Below are positions 10,314 through 20,591 of a stretch of DNA of 64,000 nt, one piece after another; the stretch's first letter is position 1, and every line of letters starts with the position of its first letter. The notes beneath the pieces were generated by a model. It did no database searches. It was not told where the DNA came from and saw only the letters and a list, made by a program, of their open reading frames with translations. The DNA comes from Planctomycetota bacterium (GTDB lineage Bacteria; Planctomycetota; UBA1135; UBA2386). The translations under genes and the position numbers were made by a program. The DNA is taken from contig OZ245006.1 in assembly GCA_965223545.1 (NCBI GenBank), positions 5,632,001 through 5,696,000 on the forward strand, given 5' to 3'.

Positions 10314-10459
10314 TTCCGTAAGCGTGTGCGTGCCTCGGACGGGGCGTGTCTCGAACACCGACAGGCCGGGGGACGACAGCGGTAAGGTACGGCGCTTGTT
10401 CTGGCTGCGGGTTCCCGGCTTCACCAGAACTTCACCTCACCTTGTCTCACCTCCCCCTC

Positions 10460-12754
10460 GTGCTCCGCAGCCCATCGGGACGCTCCCGGTCGGCGGTCGC
10501 CGGTTTGGCGATTGCCGCGGTGCTGGCGTGCGCCGGCTGCTCGCGGCCGCGTTGGGACGTCGCCGGCGTGCTGCCGCCGACCCCCCTGCCGCCGCCGCCG
10601 GCTGCGGTCGAGCAGCCGGGGTTGATCGCGCTCGGTGCAGGAGACGGCGAGCTGGTGGCGCATTGGACGGGGGCGAGCTCGGGACTCGATCTCGCGCTGT
10701 TCGCGGCGGACGACCTCGCGGCGGTCTATGCCGGCGCTCCGGCGGCGACCAACCTCGTGGGGGATCGCCAGCGGCTGACGGGCTTCACCAACGGCGCCGA
10801 CGTGTACTGCGGACTCGCGGTCCGCGCGCCGGGCGGCGGCTACGTGCCGGTGGGCGTCGTGTTGACCGCGCGGCCCGGCGCCCCGGTCTACGTCGATGCC
10901 GCGGCGTCGGCTGCCGTGGCCGATGGCCTGTCGCCGGCGACTGCGTTCCCCGACTTGATCGCCGCCGTTGCGGTCGCGCTCGGTCGCGGCGGTGCGAACG
11001 TCTGGGTGCGCGACGGTCAGTACCCGGTGCAGACCCAACTGCTGACCAGTGGTGTCCACGTGTACGGTGGCTTCGGTGCCGGTTTCGATCTCGGTGCGCG
11101 GCGTCCCGGCGCTGGCGACACAATCGCCACCGGGCAGGTCGGTCCGGCGATGTTCTTCGTCGCGGGGGGCACGGCAGCGGCGAGCCCGGCGGTGCTGGAC
11201 GGCTTTGCCGTCGACGGCTTGGGCGCCGTCAACGTCGGCGTCGACACCGACGGCACGCCGCTCGAGCTGCGCAGCGTGACGTTGAGCCGATGCCTCGACC
11301 GCGGCGTGCGCGTGCGTGCCGGCGACGACGTCGCGGCGCATCTGATCGTGGCCGGCTGTGTGGTCACTGGCAACGGTGCCGATGGCATGTCCGGCAGCGG
11401 CGCCTTGGCGCTGCGCGTGTTCGCCAGTGATTTCAGCGCCAACGTCCAGGAGGGTCTCGATCTCGATGACTTGGTGGCGCCCGCGACGGGCCTCGCCGTG
11501 CTCGAGGTCATTGCCAGCCGGTTCGCCCGCAACGGGGCCGAGGGCTTGGATGCCGATCTCTCCGCGCCGCCGGTGCCGGTGCCGGCGGGGGGTGGCTTCG
11601 CCGTCGCCGTGCGCGGCGCGCGCTTCGAGGACAACGCCGGCGACGGCTGTCTCATCGATCTCGAGTTCGAGGGCGTGCCCGGGCTGCGGGCCGACGTCCA
11701 CGTCGAGGGGACCGTGCACCGCGCCAACGGCGGCGATGGCCTGGCGCTCGACGTCGATGCTGCCGGTTCGTTCTTCGTCCACCGCGTCTTGGCCACGGCG
11801 AATCGCGGCGACGGGGTGCGCCTGAGCTCGGAGATCGAGCCCGGCCTGTTGTTGATCTCCTCGTCGGTCCTCGCCGGCAATCTGGGGGCGGGCGTACGCG
11901 CCACCGTCGGCAACGTCGCCTTCGCCGCCAGTCACTGTCTCGTCGCCGGCAACGGCGACGGGGGTTTGCGCAGCGACACTGTGGTTTCTTCGGCGGCCTC
12001 GACCTTGTTCTGGTTGCAGCCCGACGCGTCGGTTGGCGTCGAATCGCGTGCGGCTTTTGCCGGCGACGACCCCAACGAGACCGTGTTGGCGCACGCGCCG
12101 CTCGCCTACGGGGTCGTGGGCGCCGTCAACGGGGCGGTTTTGACGGCGGCGACCTCGTTCGGTGCGGCTGCCGGTGACGTGCTCGAGCTCTCCGACGACG
12201 GAGTTGCGCGCGCCGTGCTCGCGGCCTCCGGGTCGACGGTGACGTTGTCGAGCGGCCCGGGTGGGATCGCGGTGCCAGTCGCCGTTGCGCGGTTCGACGC
12301 CGGCCAAGGTGTCGAAGAAGACTATCGTCTGGCGGTGGGGTCTCCGGCTGCAGGCGCCGGCATGGCGGTACCTGGAGCGACGCCCGTCGATCCGGGGCCG
12401 TTCGGTGGCGCGGCCGGCGGGCTCGCGGGCTCCGTCGATCCGCTGCGCCCGGAGTTGCTTCGGCTCCGAACCATCGACCCACCGTTGTCGCTCGGCACGC
12501 CGCGCGGGCAGCCGCTGAACTTGACGTTCTCGGCTGCGCTGGCCTCGCCGCCAGTCGGCTCGGTGCGTGCCGTGGATGCCGCCGGCGTCGAGCTGCCGTT
12601 GGACCTCGACGTCGACGGCGCCGAGTTGCGCGCCACGCCGCGCGGTGGCGATTGGGGCGACCGGCCGCTGACACTCGAAATGCATTCCTCTCTGTCGGCG
12701 GCAGCCGGTCCCTCGTTGACCGTGCCCGTCGCTCTCTCTGTTCAACCCCGCTGA
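10460..12754 (+). CDS. Lipoprotein with FnIII-like N-terminus, beta-helix repeats and a C-terminal Ig-like domain
   Basis: Lipobox-like LACAGC; VYVDA...DGLSPATAF; repeated NxxDG/NxxEG turns. Start uncertain (ORF open from 10346). Confidence 0.7.
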   Translation: MLRSPSGRSRSAVAGLAIAAVLACAGCSRPRWDVAGVLPPTPLPPPPAAVEQPGLIALGAGDGELVAHWTGASSGLDLALFAADDLAAVYAGAPAATNLVGDRQRLTGFTNGADVYCGLAVRAPGGGYVPVGVVLTARPGAPVYVDAAASAAVADGLSPATAFPDLIAAVAVALGRGGANVWVRDGQYPVQTQLLTSGVHVYGGFGAGFDLGARRPGAGDTIATGQVGPAMFFVAGGTAAASPAVLDGFAVDGLGAVNVGVDTDGTPLELRSVTLSRCLDRGVRVRAGDDVAAHLIVAGCVVTGNGADGMSGSGALALRVFASDFSANVQEGLDLDDLVAPATGLAVLEVIASRFARNGAEGLDADLSAPPVPVPAGGGFAVAVRGARFEDNAGDGCLIDLEFEGVPGLRADVHVEGTVHRANGGDGLALDVDAAGSFFVHRVLATANRGDGVRLSSEIEPGLLLISSSVLAGNLGAGVRATVGNVAFAASHCLVAGNGDGGLRSDTVVSSAASTLFWLQPDASVGVESRAAFAGDDPNETVLAHAPLAYGVVGAVNGAVLTAATSFGAAAGDVLELSDDGVARAVLAASGSTVTLSSGPGGIAVPVAVARFDAGQGVEEDYRLAVGSPAAGAGMAVPGATPVDPGPFGGAAGGLAGSVDPLRPELLRLRTIDPPLSLGTPRGQPLNLTFSAALASPPVGSVRAVDAAGVELPLDLDVDGAELRATPRGGDWGDRPLTLEMHSSLSAAAGPSLTVPVALSVQPR

Positions 12755-12779
12755 AACATCTGTCGGAGCTTTGCTGAAG

Positions 12780-14498
12780 ATGCACTCATTCATTCGTCAT
12801 GCTGCTGGCACCGCGCTCGCGATCGCGGCGTGCGCCGCGATCGCGCGGGCCGGAGTGGTTTCCGGCCAGGTCGTCGACAACAACGGTGCCGGCGTGGTCG
12901 GCGCCACTGTCGATTTCGAGGGTGACTCCGTGGTCACCGGCACGGGCGGCTTCTTCGTCATCTCGATCAACGACGGCACCTACGACATGACAGTCGAGCC
13001 GCCGACCACCGCGCTGGCCCCGTTGCGGCAGCGCAACCTCCGCCTGGTCGGCACCGTCAACCTCGGCGTGATCCGGTTGGTGCGCGGTTTCGTGGTCTCG
13101 GGCCAGGTGCGCAATCAGGGCGGGCTGCCGGTCGTCGGTGGCAACATCGACATGATCGATCAGGCGACCGGCGAAGAGCTGTTCACGCCGAAGGATGGCG
13201 TGACCGCCACCGGCACGTTCTCGGTCGTTGTCCCGCGCGGCTTGTTTCGCGTCGAGGCCAAGCCGCCGGCGACCGCGGTGCTGGTCGCGCAGGCGATCGA
13301 CAACGTCGTGGTCAACAGTGCGGTTGGCGTCGGCACCATCGTGCTGCCGCCCGGCGTGCGCATGACCGGCACTGTCGTCGATGGTGGCACCAACGTCCCG
13401 ATCGCCAACGTCGATCTGGACGTCATCGACGCGGTGTTCGGGCGCGAGCTGGTGACCCCGCGCGACAACACCAACGCGCTGGGCCAGTTCTCGGTCGTCG
13501 TGCCGGTGAGTGGACTCTTGCACGTCCGCTTCGATCCGCCAGCGGGTGGCGCGGTGCAGGGGCTCGAGCGCTTCAACGTTGCCGTCAGCGGGCCGTTGTC
13601 GTTGGGCACCGTCCGTCTACCGCGCGGCTTTGCGCTCACCGGGCGCGTGCTGGACACCAGTGGTCAGCCGGTCGCGGGGGCAGACATCGACGTCGACACC
13701 GCCGCGGCGGGCATCCGCGTGTTCACGCCTCACGACAACACCGACGCCACCGGCAGGTTCCGCGTGCTGGTTCCGGCGGGCAACTACACCGTGAGCGTCG
13801 AGCCGCCGGTCAGCAGCGGCTTGGTCGGGGCGCGCAGTGCAGCGCTCAGCGTCAGCGCGGCCACCGCGGTGCCGTTGTTCAGCTTGCCCGCCGGCTCGCT
13901 CGTGCAGGGCACGATCACCGGACCGAGCGGTGGCCCCGAGGCCAACGTCGACATCGACGTGTTCGATCCAGCGACCGGCGTCGAGCTGGTCACCTCGGGC
14001 GACAGCACCGACTTCTTCGGCCGCTACGCGATGGTCTTGCCGAACGGCACTTGGGACGTCGGCGTGCAGACCGCGAAGGCGCGCCTGACGCGCTCAGCCG
14101 TCCTGCCAGCGGTCGCGGTCGCCGGACCGCGGACGCTGGACGTGTCGCTGGGTCGAGTGCCGGTCGGCGTGTTCCTCGGCACCAACGGCAAGCCGACGGT
14201 GGGCTCGGGCAACCCCGTGCCGATCACTCTGGCCTTGGCCTCCACTTCGGCGCAGACCGTGTCGACCGTGCTCAGCCTCTCGATGCATCAGCCGAACGGC
14301 AACTCGGTGGCCTTGATTCCGCCGTCGCCGTTCCCGGTGGCCGCCGGCACCGTGCTGGTCGCCGTCAACGTGCCGCTCGGGTTGCCGCCGGTGTTGCCGA
14401 GTCTGCTCGGCATGGAGTTCTCGCTCGAGCTGCGTCTCGACGAGCCCATCACCGGTGCCGAGATCGATCGCGACGAGTTCTCGTTCTTCATCCAGTAG
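12780..14498 (+). CDS. Secreted protein with tandem carboxypeptidase-regulatory-like (transthyretin-fold) repeats
   Basis: Signal peptide; about five repeats of the form SG.V.D..G.PV.GA.ID...G.ELxTPxDNT...G.F.V.VP.G. Confidence 0.8.
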   Translation: MHSFIRHAAGTALAIAACAAIARAGVVSGQVVDNNGAGVVGATVDFEGDSVVTGTGGFFVISINDGTYDMTVEPPTTALAPLRQRNLRLVGTVNLGVIRLVRGFVVSGQVRNQGGLPVVGGNIDMIDQATGEELFTPKDGVTATGTFSVVVPRGLFRVEAKPPATAVLVAQAIDNVVVNSAVGVGTIVLPPGVRMTGTVVDGGTNVPIANVDLDVIDAVFGRELVTPRDNTNALGQFSVVVPVSGLLHVRFDPPAGGAVQGLERFNVAVSGPLSLGTVRLPRGFALTGRVLDTSGQPVAGADIDVDTAAAGIRVFTPHDNTDATGRFRVLVPAGNYTVSVEPPVSSGLVGARSAALSVSAATAVPLFSLPAGSLVQGTITGPSGGPEANVDIDVFDPATGVELVTSGDSTDFFGRYAMVLPNGTWDVGVQTAKARLTRSAVLPAVAVAGPRTLDVSLGRVPVGVFLGTNGKPTVGSGNPVPITLALASTSAQTVSTVLSLSMHQPNGNSVALIPPSPFPVAAGTVLVAVNVPLGLPPVLPSLLGMEFSLELRLDEPITGAEIDRDEFSFFIQ

Positions 14499-14553
14499 CG
14501 CGTCGCATCGCCTGGCTTCGCCCGCACCAGACCCGTTCTACACCGGTTCCGAC

Positions 14554-15762
14554 ATGTCCCTCCGCCGAGAAACCCGCGCCCTGTTCTACAGCCACGACTC
14601 GTTCGGTCTGGGACACTTGCGCCGCACGCTGTCGATCGCCGCGGCGCTGGTCGAACGCAACCACAACGCCAGTGTCACCATCGTCACCGGCTCGCCGGCG
14701 CCCGACCTGTTCGACCTGCCGCCGCGTTGTGAGGTCGTGGTCATCCCGTGCATCACCAAGGACGAGGCGGGCGGCTATCGCCCGCGCCGGCTGCCGTTGT
14801 CGTTGGCGGAAGTCGTCGAGCTGCGTTCGGCGTTGATCACCGCCGCGGTGCGGGCGTTCCGGCCGCACATCATGGTGGTCGATCACACGCCGACCGGCCC
14901 CGGCGGCGAGCTGCTGCCGACCCTGCGGCGGCTGCGGCACGAGCAACTGCGCACCCGCGTCGTGCTCGGCATGCGCGACGTCATCGACGCTCCCCATCGC
15001 GTGCGGGCGCAGCTGGCGCGCGAGGGCGCGTTCGACGTCATGCGCACTCTGTTCGACGACATCTTGGTCTACGGTTCGCCCAGCGTGCTGGACGTCGCGG
15101 CCGCGTACGGCATGCCGCGCGATCTGCGCGATCGTGTGCGCTACACCGGCATCGTCTGTCCGCCGGGTCGGCGGCGGCGCTCGGCGCCCGCCGGGTCGCC
15201 CCGCCGTCTGCTGGCCTCGGCTGGCGGCGGCGAGGACGGCTTCGACCTGTTGCGCGGCGTCGTCGCCGCGGTCCGCGGACCAATGCGCGAGGTGGACCTC
15301 GAGCTGACGGTCGTCGCCGGGCCCCTGATGCACCCCGAGGAGCGCGCCGCGCTGGAGTCGGCGCGCCAGGGGGACGTGCGGATTCGCATTCTGCCCCGGG
15401 TCAAGTCGATGGCACCGCTGATCGATGGTGCTGACTTGGTGATCGGCATGGGTGGCTACAACTCGGTCTACGAGACGCTGCGCGCCGGCGTACCACAGCT
15501 GGTGATGCCCCGCACGCACCCGCGGCAGGAGCAGCTCGAGCGGGCCCGGCGACTGGAGCAGCTCGGCTTGCTGTCGTCGGTGTCACGGGTCGACGTCGGC
15601 GATCCGGCGGTGCTCGCCGAGGCCATGCGTGCTGCGATGGTCTGCCCACCGGGGCCGCCGTCGGCGGCCGGGCTGTCGCTGGATGGGGCGCAGCGCGCGG
15701 TCGAGATCATGCTGCAGCGGCAGCACAGCCGCCCCGAACCGATGGCGCGCTACGCGCACTGA
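14554..15762 (+). CDS. Predicted GT-B glycosyltransferase (COG4671-like)
   Basis: FYSHDSFGLGHLRR, VVDHTP, SAGGGEDG, MGGYNS, PR...EQ..RA. Confidence 0.85.
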   Translation: MSLRRETRALFYSHDSFGLGHLRRTLSIAAALVERNHNASVTIVTGSPAPDLFDLPPRCEVVVIPCITKDEAGGYRPRRLPLSLAEVVELRSALITAAVRAFRPHIMVVDHTPTGPGGELLPTLRRLRHEQLRTRVVLGMRDVIDAPHRVRAQLAREGAFDVMRTLFDDILVYGSPSVLDVAAAYGMPRDLRDRVRYTGIVCPPGRRRRSAPAGSPRRLLASAGGGEDGFDLLRGVVAAVRGPMREVDLELTVVAGPLMHPEERAALESARQGDVRIRILPRVKSMAPLIDGADLVIGMGGYNSVYETLRAGVPQLVMPRTHPRQEQLERARRLEQLGLLSSVSRVDVGDPAVLAEAMRAAMVCPPGPPSAAGLSLDGAQRAVEIMLQRQHSRPEPMARYAH

Positions 15763-15773
15763 CGGAGCTCGCC

Positions 15774-17006
15774 ATGCACGTCGGCTATGTCCTGAAGAAG
15801 TTCCCGAGGATCTCGGAGACGTTCATCCTCAACGAGATCCTCCAGCTGCAGCGGCAGAGCGTGCGCGTCACTGTGTTCTCGCTGTTGCCACCCAACGACG
15901 GGTTGTTCCACGCCGGTTTGAGCGAGCTGGTCGAGCCGGTGATCTATCTACCGCCGCGCAAGCCGACGCAGCTGCTCGAGCGCTGGCGCGACCTGGTGCC
16001 GTCGGTCCGTCCGCATGTCGCCGGCTTGTGGCGTGAGTTCGAGTCGATGCTGCTCGCCGGGCGCACCGACGTGTGGTCGGTGATGGCGTGGGGCATCGAG
16101 ATCGCGGCGCAGGCGCGGCAGCGCGGCATCGAGCATCTGCACGCGCACTTCGCCACGGTGGCGGCGCACACCGCCCGAGTGGCGCGGGCGGCGGGTGGTC
16201 CGCGTTTCAGCTTCACTTGCCACGCCAAGGACGTCTACCGAGAGGGCGTCGATGCGGCGCAGTTTGCCGCCTTGGTCGAGGCCGCGTCGACTGTGGTCAC
16301 GGTCTGCCAAGCCAACGCCGCACACATCGAGCAGAGCCTCGCGCCGGCGTCGTCGACTCCGATCCGCACCCTGTACAACGGAGTCGATCTCGAGCTCTTC
16401 CACCCGCGGCAGCGTCGGGTCGCCGCGCCACCGTTGGTGTTGGGGGTCGGCCGACTCGTGGAGAAGAAGGGGTTTCGCTTTCTGGTCGATGCGATGGCGG
16501 AGCTCCGCCGGGCCGGCCACGCCAGCCGCTGCGTCGTGGTCGGCGAGGGCGAGGAGCGCGCTGCCCTCGAAGCGCGCATTCGCGACACCGGTGCGCCGGT
16601 CGAGCTACGGGGTCTCGCCGCGCAGGACGAGGTCCGTGCCCTGATGAGTCGGGCCACCGCGCTGGCGCTGCCTTGCGTGATCGGCGCCGACGGCAATCGC
16701 GACGCGTTGCCGACGGTCTTGTTGGAGGCGTTGGCGATGGGCCTGCCGGCGGTCAGCACGCCCGTCGCCGGCGTCGAGGAGATCTTCGACGGGGGTGAAT
16801 GCGGTGTGCTGGTGCCCTGTGGCGACAGCGGCGCCTTGGCCAGTGCTCTACGCGAACTCGTCGACAACCCCGATCGGCAGGCTCAGCTCGCCGCGGCCGG
16901 CCGGCGCCGCGCCGAGGTTGAGTTCGACCTCGGCCACAACGTCGAGACGCTGCGTTCGTTGTTCGCGACGGCGGGCGTCGAGCGGTGTGGCACGGAGACC
17001 GCGTGA
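15774..17006 (+). CDS. GT4 glycosyltransferase (WcaL-like)
   Basis: FPRISETFILNEI, HAHFA, HAKDVY, VGRLVEKKG, DALPTVLLEALAMG. Confidence 0.9.
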   Translation: MHVGYVLKKFPRISETFILNEILQLQRQSVRVTVFSLLPPNDGLFHAGLSELVEPVIYLPPRKPTQLLERWRDLVPSVRPHVAGLWREFESMLLAGRTDVWSVMAWGIEIAAQARQRGIEHLHAHFATVAAHTARVARAAGGPRFSFTCHAKDVYREGVDAAQFAALVEAASTVVTVCQANAAHIEQSLAPASSTPIRTLYNGVDLELFHPRQRRVAAPPLVLGVGRLVEKKGFRFLVDAMAELRRAGHASRCVVVGEGEERAALEARIRDTGAPVELRGLAAQDEVRALMSRATALALPCVIGADGNRDALPTVLLEALAMGLPAVSTPVAGVEEIFDGGECGVLVPCGDSGALASALRELVDNPDRQAQLAAAGRRRAEVEFDLGHNVETLRSLFATAGVERCGTETA

Positions 17007-18178
17007 TGAGCGCGACGTCGCCGAGCATCGCCTACGTGTGTCAGGATCGGGGCATTCCGATCGACGGCAGCAAAGGCGCGGCCGTGCACTTTCGCCAGAT
17101 GGCGGCGGCGCTGCGCCGGCAGGGGGCGGTGCTCGACGTCTACGCCGCGCGTGCCGACGGGCGCGCGCGCGATGCGGTGCACGTGCTCGACGTCGAGCGG
17201 TGCGCCGGGATTCCGGGCGAGCTCGCTCAGCTCGCGGCCAACGCCGAGATGTCCGCCGCACTGGAACGCGGCGGCCGTCACGACGTGGTCTACGAGCGCT
17301 TCTCGCTGTTTGCCGCGGCCGGGTTGGCGCACGCCAAGCGCAGTGGGATTCCGCTGTTCCTCGAGGTCAACGCACCGCTCTGGGAAGAGGCTGCGCAGTT
17401 CCGCTCGCTGCACTTGGCGGACACCGCGCGGGGCTTGGCGCTGGACGTGTTGCGCGCCGCCGACCGTGTGCTCGTGGTCTCGGCGGCGTTGGCCGAGCGG
17501 CTGCAGGCGGCCGGCGTCGAAGCCGGCGCGCTGCGCGTGCTCGGCAACGGTGTCGACGCCGCCGCGTTCGGTGCGGCCCGGCCGGCGCCGCGGCCGGCGC
17601 AGCTCGAGGGTTTGCCGGTTGCCGTGTTCGTCGGCTCGCTGAAGCCGTGGCACGGCGTCGAGTTTCTGCTGCGCGCGCATGCCCGCGCGCAGGAGCAGGT
17701 GCCCTTCGGGTTGTGGATCGTCGGCGACGGACCGATGCGCGGGGCAGTGCGGGCGGCGGCCGCCGTCGATGGCGGCCGGGTGGCGTTCGCCGGCGCGGTC
17801 GCGCACGAGCGCATCGCCGAGATCCTGGCGGCTGCCGACGTGTCGATTGCGCCCTATCCAGCCGCCGCGCCCGATTACTTCTCGCCGCTGAAGGTGGTGG
17901 AGGCGATGGCGGCACGATGCCCGCTGGTCGCGAGCCGGACGCGCTGTGTGGTCGATTCACTGCGCCCGGATGCGGTGCACGAGCTGTTCGAGCCCGACGA
18001 TGAGGCATCGTTCGTCGCCGCGATGCAGCGTGCGTTGTCGCGCTTGCCGGCCGCTCGGGTGCAGGGTGTGCCCGACGGGATGGCGTGGGACGACAACGCC
18101 CGCTCGGTGCTGGCGATGATCGGCGAAGTCGCGGCGCCGTGTGACGGCGGGCACCTGCCTTCGGAGGCGGGCGCATGA
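17006..18178 (+). CDS. GT4 glycosyltransferase
   Basis: GSKGAAVH, YERFSL, EVNAPL, FVGSLKPWHGV, YFSPLKVVEAMA; TGATG overlap with the upstream gene. Confidence 0.9.
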   Translation: MSATSPSIAYVCQDRGIPIDGSKGAAVHFRQMAAALRRQGAVLDVYAARADGRARDAVHVLDVERCAGIPGELAQLAANAEMSAALERGGRHDVVYERFSLFAAAGLAHAKRSGIPLFLEVNAPLWEEAAQFRSLHLADTARGLALDVLRAADRVLVVSAALAERLQAAGVEAGALRVLGNGVDAAAFGAARPAPRPAQLEGLPVAVFVGSLKPWHGVEFLLRAHARAQEQVPFGLWIVGDGPMRGAVRAAAAVDGGRVAFAGAVAHERIAEILAAADVSIAPYPAAAPDYFSPLKVVEAMAARCPLVASRTRCVVDSLRPDAVHELFEPDDEASFVAAMQRALSRLPAARVQGVPDGMAWDDNARSVLAMIGEVAAPCDGGHLPSEAGA

Positions 18179-19464
18179 CCACCGTGTGCCCGCTGCCCTG
18201 TGGTGCCGAGGCAAGCTTTGCCGTGGCGGTCGACCCGGAGCGGGTGCGCGGCTGGATCGCCGAGCACCTGCTGGCCGACCGTCACTTGTTGGCGTGCGAA
18301 CCCCTGAGCCTGCGCTACAAGGGGGGCGACGGGGCCACGGTGTGTTGGTCGGTGCGCTTCGACGGGGACGGCGGCGTGTGCGACACGTTTGTGACGGTGC
18401 GGTGGGCCGACCCGCTGCGCTTGGCCCGGGAAGCGCAGCGCCTTGGGCGCCGCGCGTCCGACGTGACGCCGGGAGTGCGCGGCTGGGCCCTTCTCGACGA
18501 GGTTCTCCTCGTCGCGTTTCCCATCGATCGGATCCTGCGCGACTTGCGGCGGGTCTGTCGTCCGTCGAGCGCGCGTACCATGATCGCCAAGCACTTTCCG
18601 GATGTGGTCGCGCCGGGCTATCGGATCTCGAAGCGGCGCAGCCGCATGGTCGTGGCTCGCTACGAGCCCGAACGGCGCGCGCTGCTGCGCTGGCGGCTGG
18701 TCACCGTCGATGCTGCGTTGCAGCGCGGACCGGGTGCCGAGGTCGCGGTGCGCCTGCAGGGCGCGCCGATCGCGCGCCAGGCCGCGGCCGCTGGCGACGC
18801 AGCGCGGGCCACCGGAATCGACACGCCGCGGGTCGTGGTCGTGCACGACCGGCTTGCGCTCGAGTCGGTGCTGGCCGGCCACCCGGTCGCCGATGCCCCG
18901 GCCTGGGCGGAGCGCGCTGGCCATCAGCTGGCCCGCCTGCATGCCGCCGCTCCGCCGATGGCCCTGCGTCGGCACGGGGCCTTGGCCGAGCTCGACCGGG
19001 TGCTGCGGGTGGTCGGGGATTTTCGGCGCTTGGACTCGGGGCTGGCCGGCCGCGCGGCGACGATCGCCGACCGGTTGTCCCGCTGGGTGCCGACCACCGG
19101 CGACGATGCGGTGCTGTCGCACGGTTGTTTCGACGTCGACCACTGGCTCGACGTGGCGGGCAATCTGGCGATCGAGGGCTTCGATCGCGCCGCGTTGGCG
19201 CATCCGGCCTGGGACTTGGCGATGGCGTGGGCCGGGAGTCGTGCGCGGGATCCGTCGGTGGCCGAGGCCGTCGCCGACGCGTTGTCTGAAGGCTACCGCG
19301 GGGCGTCGACGGCAGCGATGCCGGCGGCGCGCGTGTTGGGTTGGTATCGGGCGTGCGCGGCGATGCGGCTGGCGCTGCGCCCGTTTCAGGAGCTGCGGCC
19401 GGACTGGCCGGAACGCGCGGCGTCGATGCTCGATTCGGCGGCCGCGCAGCTGGAGGTGAGCTGA
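18175..19464 (+). CDS. APH/choline-kinase-fold protein with degenerate catalytic motifs (probable pseudokinase)
   Basis: LARLH; HGCF in place of HGDx; EGFD in place of IDxD; HPAWDLA; FPxD and RYEPERR family motifs. Confidence 0.7.
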   Translation: MTTVCPLPCGAEASFAVAVDPERVRGWIAEHLLADRHLLACEPLSLRYKGGDGATVCWSVRFDGDGGVCDTFVTVRWADPLRLAREAQRLGRRASDVTPGVRGWALLDEVLLVAFPIDRILRDLRRVCRPSSARTMIAKHFPDVVAPGYRISKRRSRMVVARYEPERRALLRWRLVTVDAALQRGPGAEVAVRLQGAPIARQAAAAGDAARATGIDTPRVVVVHDRLALESVLAGHPVADAPAWAERAGHQLARLHAAAPPMALRRHGALAELDRVLRVVGDFRRLDSGLAGRAATIADRLSRWVPTTGDDAVLSHGCFDVDHWLDVAGNLAIEGFDRAALAHPAWDLAMAWAGSRARDPSVAEAVADALSEGYRGASTAAMPAARVLGWYRACAAMRLALRPFQELRPDWPERAASMLDSAAAQLEVS

Positions 19465-20591
19465 TGGCAACAGGTGATGTGCAGCTGGAGAGCGACACCG
19501 ACCGGCGGGCCGGTGCGCGCGGCGCCGCGGATGTGAAGCGTCTCATGCAGGCACTCGAAGCCGAGCGCGGTGGTCATCCCACGCTGCTGCGGCGTGCCCG
19601 CGACGGCCGGTTGTTGGCGACCGTACGGCCGCCCGGTGAGTCGCCCCGTGCCTATACGATCGCCGAGAGCGGGCGCCGCGTCCGCGTCGAGCGGCTCGAG
19701 CCGGAGCGGGACACCGCGCTCGCGGGTGCCGCTCTGCTGGCGGACCCCGAGCGGCTCGCGCTCCTACTGGGCGGCCACGCCACGGTGCGTGCCGTGCAGC
19801 TGGTCGCCTACCGGCCCGCCAAGCGCGCCGTGGCGCGGGTCGAGTTCGAGCACCGTCCTGCCTGCTACCTCAAGCTGCTGTCGGCGCGTGGCTATCGGAG
19901 CGCGGTGGAGACCTTCGCGAGCTTGCCGGCGCAGGCGGGCGAGGCGCGCCTGTCGCGGCCGTGGAAGCTGCTCGACGACCAGTGCGCTTTGGTCGCCGAC
20001 GCCGTTGGGGGTGTTTCGGTCAACCAGCTACTTTTCGAAGGCGCACAGATCGACGCGCTCGCGCTGCTCTGCGCGATCGACGACTTCACGCGGGCCGTGC
20101 CCAGCGATCCTCTGGCGAGCCGCACCGTCGAGGACGAGCGCGCCTCGGCGTTGACCATGTTGAGCCGCGGGGCGGCGTGGCACGGCGAGCTCCGCGGGTT
20201 AGCGGACGTGGTCGCGGCCGTCGCCCTGCCAGTGCTCGATCGCCGCGGGCTGTTGCACACCGATCTGCACGACAAGCAGGTGTTCGTGCACGGCGAGGGG
20301 ATCTCGCTGATCGATCTCGAGGGCTGTGCCATCGGTGACCCGCGCATCGACCAGGTCAACTTCGTCGAGCACTGTGCGCTGCGCGCGCAGCAGGGTGCGG
20401 CGGCTGCCGGCGAGCTGGCGCGACGGCTGGCGCGCGCATGGCGCATCGACGACGGCCTGCGCATGGCCGCGCTGCGCGGACTGGTGCGGGCGCGACTGGC
20501 GGGCGTCTACGCCCAGCGACCGGGCCACGAGCGGCTGGTCGCCGAGCTGGCGCGCGGTGCCGCCGAGCTGCTGAGCGGAGCACGGTCATGA
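19464..20591 (+). CDS. APH/choline-kinase-fold phosphotransferase
   Basis: YRPAKRAV, YLKL, HTDLHDKQV, LIDLE, GDPRID; TGATG coupling. Confidence 0.75.
   Translation: MATGDVQLESDTDRRAGARGAADVKRLMQALEAERGGHPTLLRRARDGRLLATVRPPGESPRAYTIAESGRRVRVERLEPERDTALAGAALLADPERLALLLGGHATVRAVQLVAYRPAKRAVARVEFEHRPACYLKLLSARGYRSAVETFASLPAQAGEARLSRPWKLLDDQCALVADAVGGVSVNQLLFEGAQIDALALLCAIDDFTRAVPSDPLASRTVEDERASALTMLSRGAAWHGELRGLADVVAAVALPVLDRRGLLHTDLHDKQVFVHGEGISLIDLEGCAIGDPRIDQVNFVEHCALRAQQGAAAAGELARRLARAWRIDDGLRMAALRGLVRARLAGVYAQRPGHERLVAELARGAAELLSGARS

Noticed and set aside
18175..20591. Aminoglycoside resistance genes
   Set aside because: APH fold only; the biosynthetic operon context, long N-terminal extensions and one degenerate active site argue against resistance.
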